DNA from: Barthelona sp. PCE
Lineage: Eukaryota
DNA length: 64,000 bases
Assembly (NCBI GenBank): GCA_040285745.1
Contig: JAUFOR010000008.1
Coordinates: 372,001 to 436,000 of the forward strand
Direction: 5' to 3'
Shown here: one piece after another, positions 61,491 to 64,000 of the stretch
How the letters are laid out: every line of letters begins with the position of its first letter
How positions within the stretch are numbered: the first letter of the stretch is position 1
Program-made: the position numbers and the translations under genes
Notes under the pieces: model-generated
Told to the model about the DNA's origin: nothing
Database searches by the model: none
What the model saw: the letters and a program-made list of their open reading frames with translations, nothing else

Positions 61491-61589
61491 AGCAGGGTGA
61501 GTCTTTGGCAGTACCTTTAGTTCATACTGAGCCCTTGGCGGGACCCAAAGTCAGGTCAACACTGACATTGTGATTTGGTGCTGCTAAGG
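61491..61589 (+). ncRNA. Candidate structured RNA element (identity unknown)
   Basis: GC-rich island with a 13-bp stem (61503-15/61577-89) whose three non-Watson-Crick pairs are all G-U on +, enclosing three hairpins. Confidence 0.4.
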
Positions 61590-61648
61590 TGATAATCATT
61601 TTCTATCCTTTTTCTTGTTCTTTTTTTGTTCTTTTTATATTACTAAGC

Positions 61649-63454
61649 ATGGATATTTCTTCAGCGAACGGGGTTCAGAAGTTTATTGAAGGTGTAAAAG
61701 CCCATATGAGGGAGAACTGTCTGGATTACTACATATTAAAATCAGGAGATTGCCATTTATCAGAATATGCAGCTCCATCCCTTAACGTGATCCAGTTTAT
61801 GACAGGCTTTACAGGGTCACTTGCTTTTGTTGTGATTAGCATTCACCATGACAAGCCTTTCATTCTTGTTGATGGTCGTTATCATGTTCAAGTTGAGCAA
61901 GAGGTCAATTCAGACATGTTCAGCATTGTTAAATTGAAGAAACCTTTCAGTGTTGAACTTAATTACATATGGAAAGATCATACAGGAAGTATTATTATCT
62001 GTCTTGAAGAATTATGTTTTAGTGAAAGTTTTGTCAATGTTTTGGAGCACTGTTCGACGCCCAAACTTAGGTTAAACATCACAGCTGTCAGTTATTACTC
62101 TTGGCTTGCAGTGTTCGAGAAACCAATTCTTAATAAGGATATTTGCATTTTTGAGAGTCAGGTTGTTTCCACGGATGAGCACCTGTCAGATTTAATGGAT
62201 AAGGTGCCAACTGGAACAGTTTTATTGACAGATTTGACAGAGATTGCTTATGTACTTAATTTACGTGGTTCTACTATTCCATTTATCCCTGTTTTTTATG
62301 CTTACCTGATTATAGACATCACAAACAAGGAAATGATTCTCTTTGTTGATAGTGAAACTGAAATTCATGTTGATAGTAGTTTGTTTAAGGTTAATATTCG
62401 TAGTTATTCGGAATTCGATGAAGAGTTTTGTCAAAATGTCAGCAGACCTCTCATTGGAATGACACCTTTACCTCTTAACATAGCTTCAAAGATTAAATTT
62501 GATGCTAAAACTTCATCTGTTATTGCTCGAGATCAAGCAAGGAAATCAGTTAAGGAAGTAGAAAACATACAGGTCGCATGTATTATGGACTCTCTCAACA
62601 TCGTTAGACTCATCAAGTGGATGAACGAGACCCCCTCAATTTCTGAGGTTACGATTTCAAAAAAAATGGAAGAATTTAGGAACCAACAACACTGTTACAA
62701 AGGTCCATCATTTGAGACGATTGTTGGTTGTGATGCAAATGGAGCAATCATTCATTATCGTCCCACGGTTGAGACACAACTACCTGTTGTCGATGGGAGT
62801 ATTGTACTGCTTGATACAGGTGCACATTACCCATTCGGAACAACAGATACATCGCGCACATTTTGTGTTGGAGAAAAAGTTGATGAGAGTGTTAAATTTG
62901 CTTATACAAGTGTCTTAAAGGGTGTTATAGGAATGACCACACAGCAATTTCCAAAGGATACTTCACTGAAACAACTCGGAGCATTTTCGCGTTCAATTTT
63001 GTGGAACTATGGTTTAGATTTCAGACATGGTGTTTCACATGGTGTGGGGCTATATAACACAGTCCATGAACCTCTTGATGAAGTTAATGACCGTACACGG
63101 TATGGTGGACCAAGATTAGCGGAAGGTAATGTATTAACTATTGAGCCCGGTTATTATCAGAGTGATCCTTCAGTACGGTCCTTTGGAATCAGATTAGAGA
63201 ACATTGTCACTGTAGTCAAGGCTGATGAACACAAGACTGAGGGTTTAATTTTTCAGCAGGAGTTTTTAAAGTTCAAAACTCTTACCTTCGTTCCATATGA
63301 TCATAAGTTGATTGATTTTGAAAGACTGACAACACCTGAGATGCAATGGTTGAAGGATTATAATGAAATGTGTGTTGAAAAGCTCAGAACAGTCTCGAAT
63401 GACGAAAGTTTGTTTCATTTTTTGGAATCCTACGTTCAAATGCCTGAATTTTAA
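61649..63454 (+). CDS. Xaa-Pro aminopeptidase (aminopeptidase P, M24B)
   Basis: D.H.SEY, TGFTGS, DGRY..Q, LNLRG, SFETI, IIHY, DTGAHY..GTTD..RT, HG..HGVG, HE, IEPGYY, GIRLEN. Confidence 0.95.
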   Translation: MDISSANGVQKFIEGVKAHMRENCLDYYILKSGDCHLSEYAAPSLNVIQFMTGFTGSLAFVVISIHHDKPFILVDGRYHVQVEQEVNSDMFSIVKLKKPFSVELNYIWKDHTGSIIICLEELCFSESFVNVLEHCSTPKLRLNITAVSYYSWLAVFEKPILNKDICIFESQVVSTDEHLSDLMDKVPTGTVLLTDLTEIAYVLNLRGSTIPFIPVFYAYLIIDITNKEMILFVDSETEIHVDSSLFKVNIRSYSEFDEEFCQNVSRPLIGMTPLPLNIASKIKFDAKTSSVIARDQARKSVKEVENIQVACIMDSLNIVRLIKWMNETPSISEVTISKKMEEFRNQQHCYKGPSFETIVGCDANGAIIHYRPTVETQLPVVDGSIVLLDTGAHYPFGTTDTSRTFCVGEKVDESVKFAYTSVLKGVIGMTTQQFPKDTSLKQLGAFSRSILWNYGLDFRHGVSHGVGLYNTVHEPLDEVNDRTRYGGPRLAEGNVLTIEPGYYQSDPSVRSFGIRLENIVTVVKADEHKTEGLIFQQEFLKFKTLTFVPYDHKLIDFERLTTPEMQWLKDYNEMCVEKLRTVSNDESLFHFLESYVQMPEF

Positions 63455-63505
63455 TTTTATGAATTAATAAAAACTGATCTGATAATATCAATTAATTAGT
63501 ACTAT

Positions 63506-63997
63506 TTACAATAAATCAATTTTTAGTTGCTCAAAATTATGAAAAGAGTTATCCTTATCTTGTTCTTTGTTTTTAATAGATGAAATAAGTGCCTGTATGA
63601 AAACGTATGTTGAAGGTACACATGTTGCTGCAAAAGTTACGAAAGAAAAGTTATTCCAAACTTCAATCATCAGATTAGCCAGAATAAGCACAACTAAAAC
63701 TCTTGTAATAAGAGCATTCAGCTTATAGAAGGGTTTAGCGAATGCAATATACGTCATTAATGCGATTAAAAATATTAAATTTGGTACATTATCATGACAA
63801 ATATAACTAACAAAAACATAAAAGCTTCTACCAATCAATATTACAAACAAGAATTTGCGATAGTCGAACTCAGAAACGTTAATCTCTCTTATTTGAAGAT
63901 AACACCACACAAACATCAATAATAATGGAATTAAAAATGCTGCATAATATAGTTCATACCCTTCATCATATGTTAATGAATGCCATTTTCTTTCCAT
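63506..63997 (-). CDS. Hypothetical membrane protein (may extend beyond the window)
   Basis: Hydrophobic 163-aa ORF whose frame is still open at the window edge. Confidence 0.6.
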   Translation of the reverse strand: MERKWHSLTYDEGYELYYAAFLIPLLLMFVWCYLQIREINVSEFDYRKFLFVILIGRSFYVFVSYICHDNVPNLIFLIALMTYIAFAKPFYKLNALITRVLVVLILANLMIEVWNNFSFVTFAATCVPSTYVFIQALISSIKNKEQDKDNSFHNFEQLKIDLL

Positions 63998-64000
63998 TAA

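Noticed and set aside
61491-61589. Calling the structured element a canonical TPP riboswitch or tRNA
   Set aside because: It lacks UGAGA and GCG-N-AGG for TPP, and lacks a TTC loop and an acceptor stem adjacent to the T-arm for tRNA. Kept only as an unknown structure.
1-64000. Non-standard genetic code (TAR=Gln as in hexamitid diplomonads)
   Set aside because: Conserved proteins end at TAA, TAG and TGA at the expected positions and contain no in-frame stops.

Overview
This is a gene-dense, AT-rich eukaryotic nuclear contig using the standard code (TAA, TAG and TGA all terminate genes). It holds about 40 protein genes, with intergenic gaps from a 4-bp overlap up to ~600 bp. The flagellar genes (CFAP44, TMEM231, FAM183), a divergent mitochondrial-type Hsp70 and the intron style suggest an intron-poor flagellated protist, probably a metamonad (inference). 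I found only three spliceosomal introns, in RPS30 (a gene the ORF track misses), eIF3f and calcineurin B. All three begin GTATG, end in a fused branch point/acceptor CTAAYAYYTAG, and carry internal complementarity that leaves ~37-38 unpaired flanking nt. Other leads are a GC-rich structured RNA candidate with two alternative folds between RNase Z and aminopeptidase P, stop-coupled TAAA 3'-end signals, a recurrent promoter 10-mer, bacterial-like K+ channel and Na+/solute symporter genes, an HTH orphan, a DEK1-like membrane calpain and Spo11. I recognised no rRNA, canonical tRNA, CRISPR array or intact mobile element. All protein calls come from motif recognition by eye; no searches were run.
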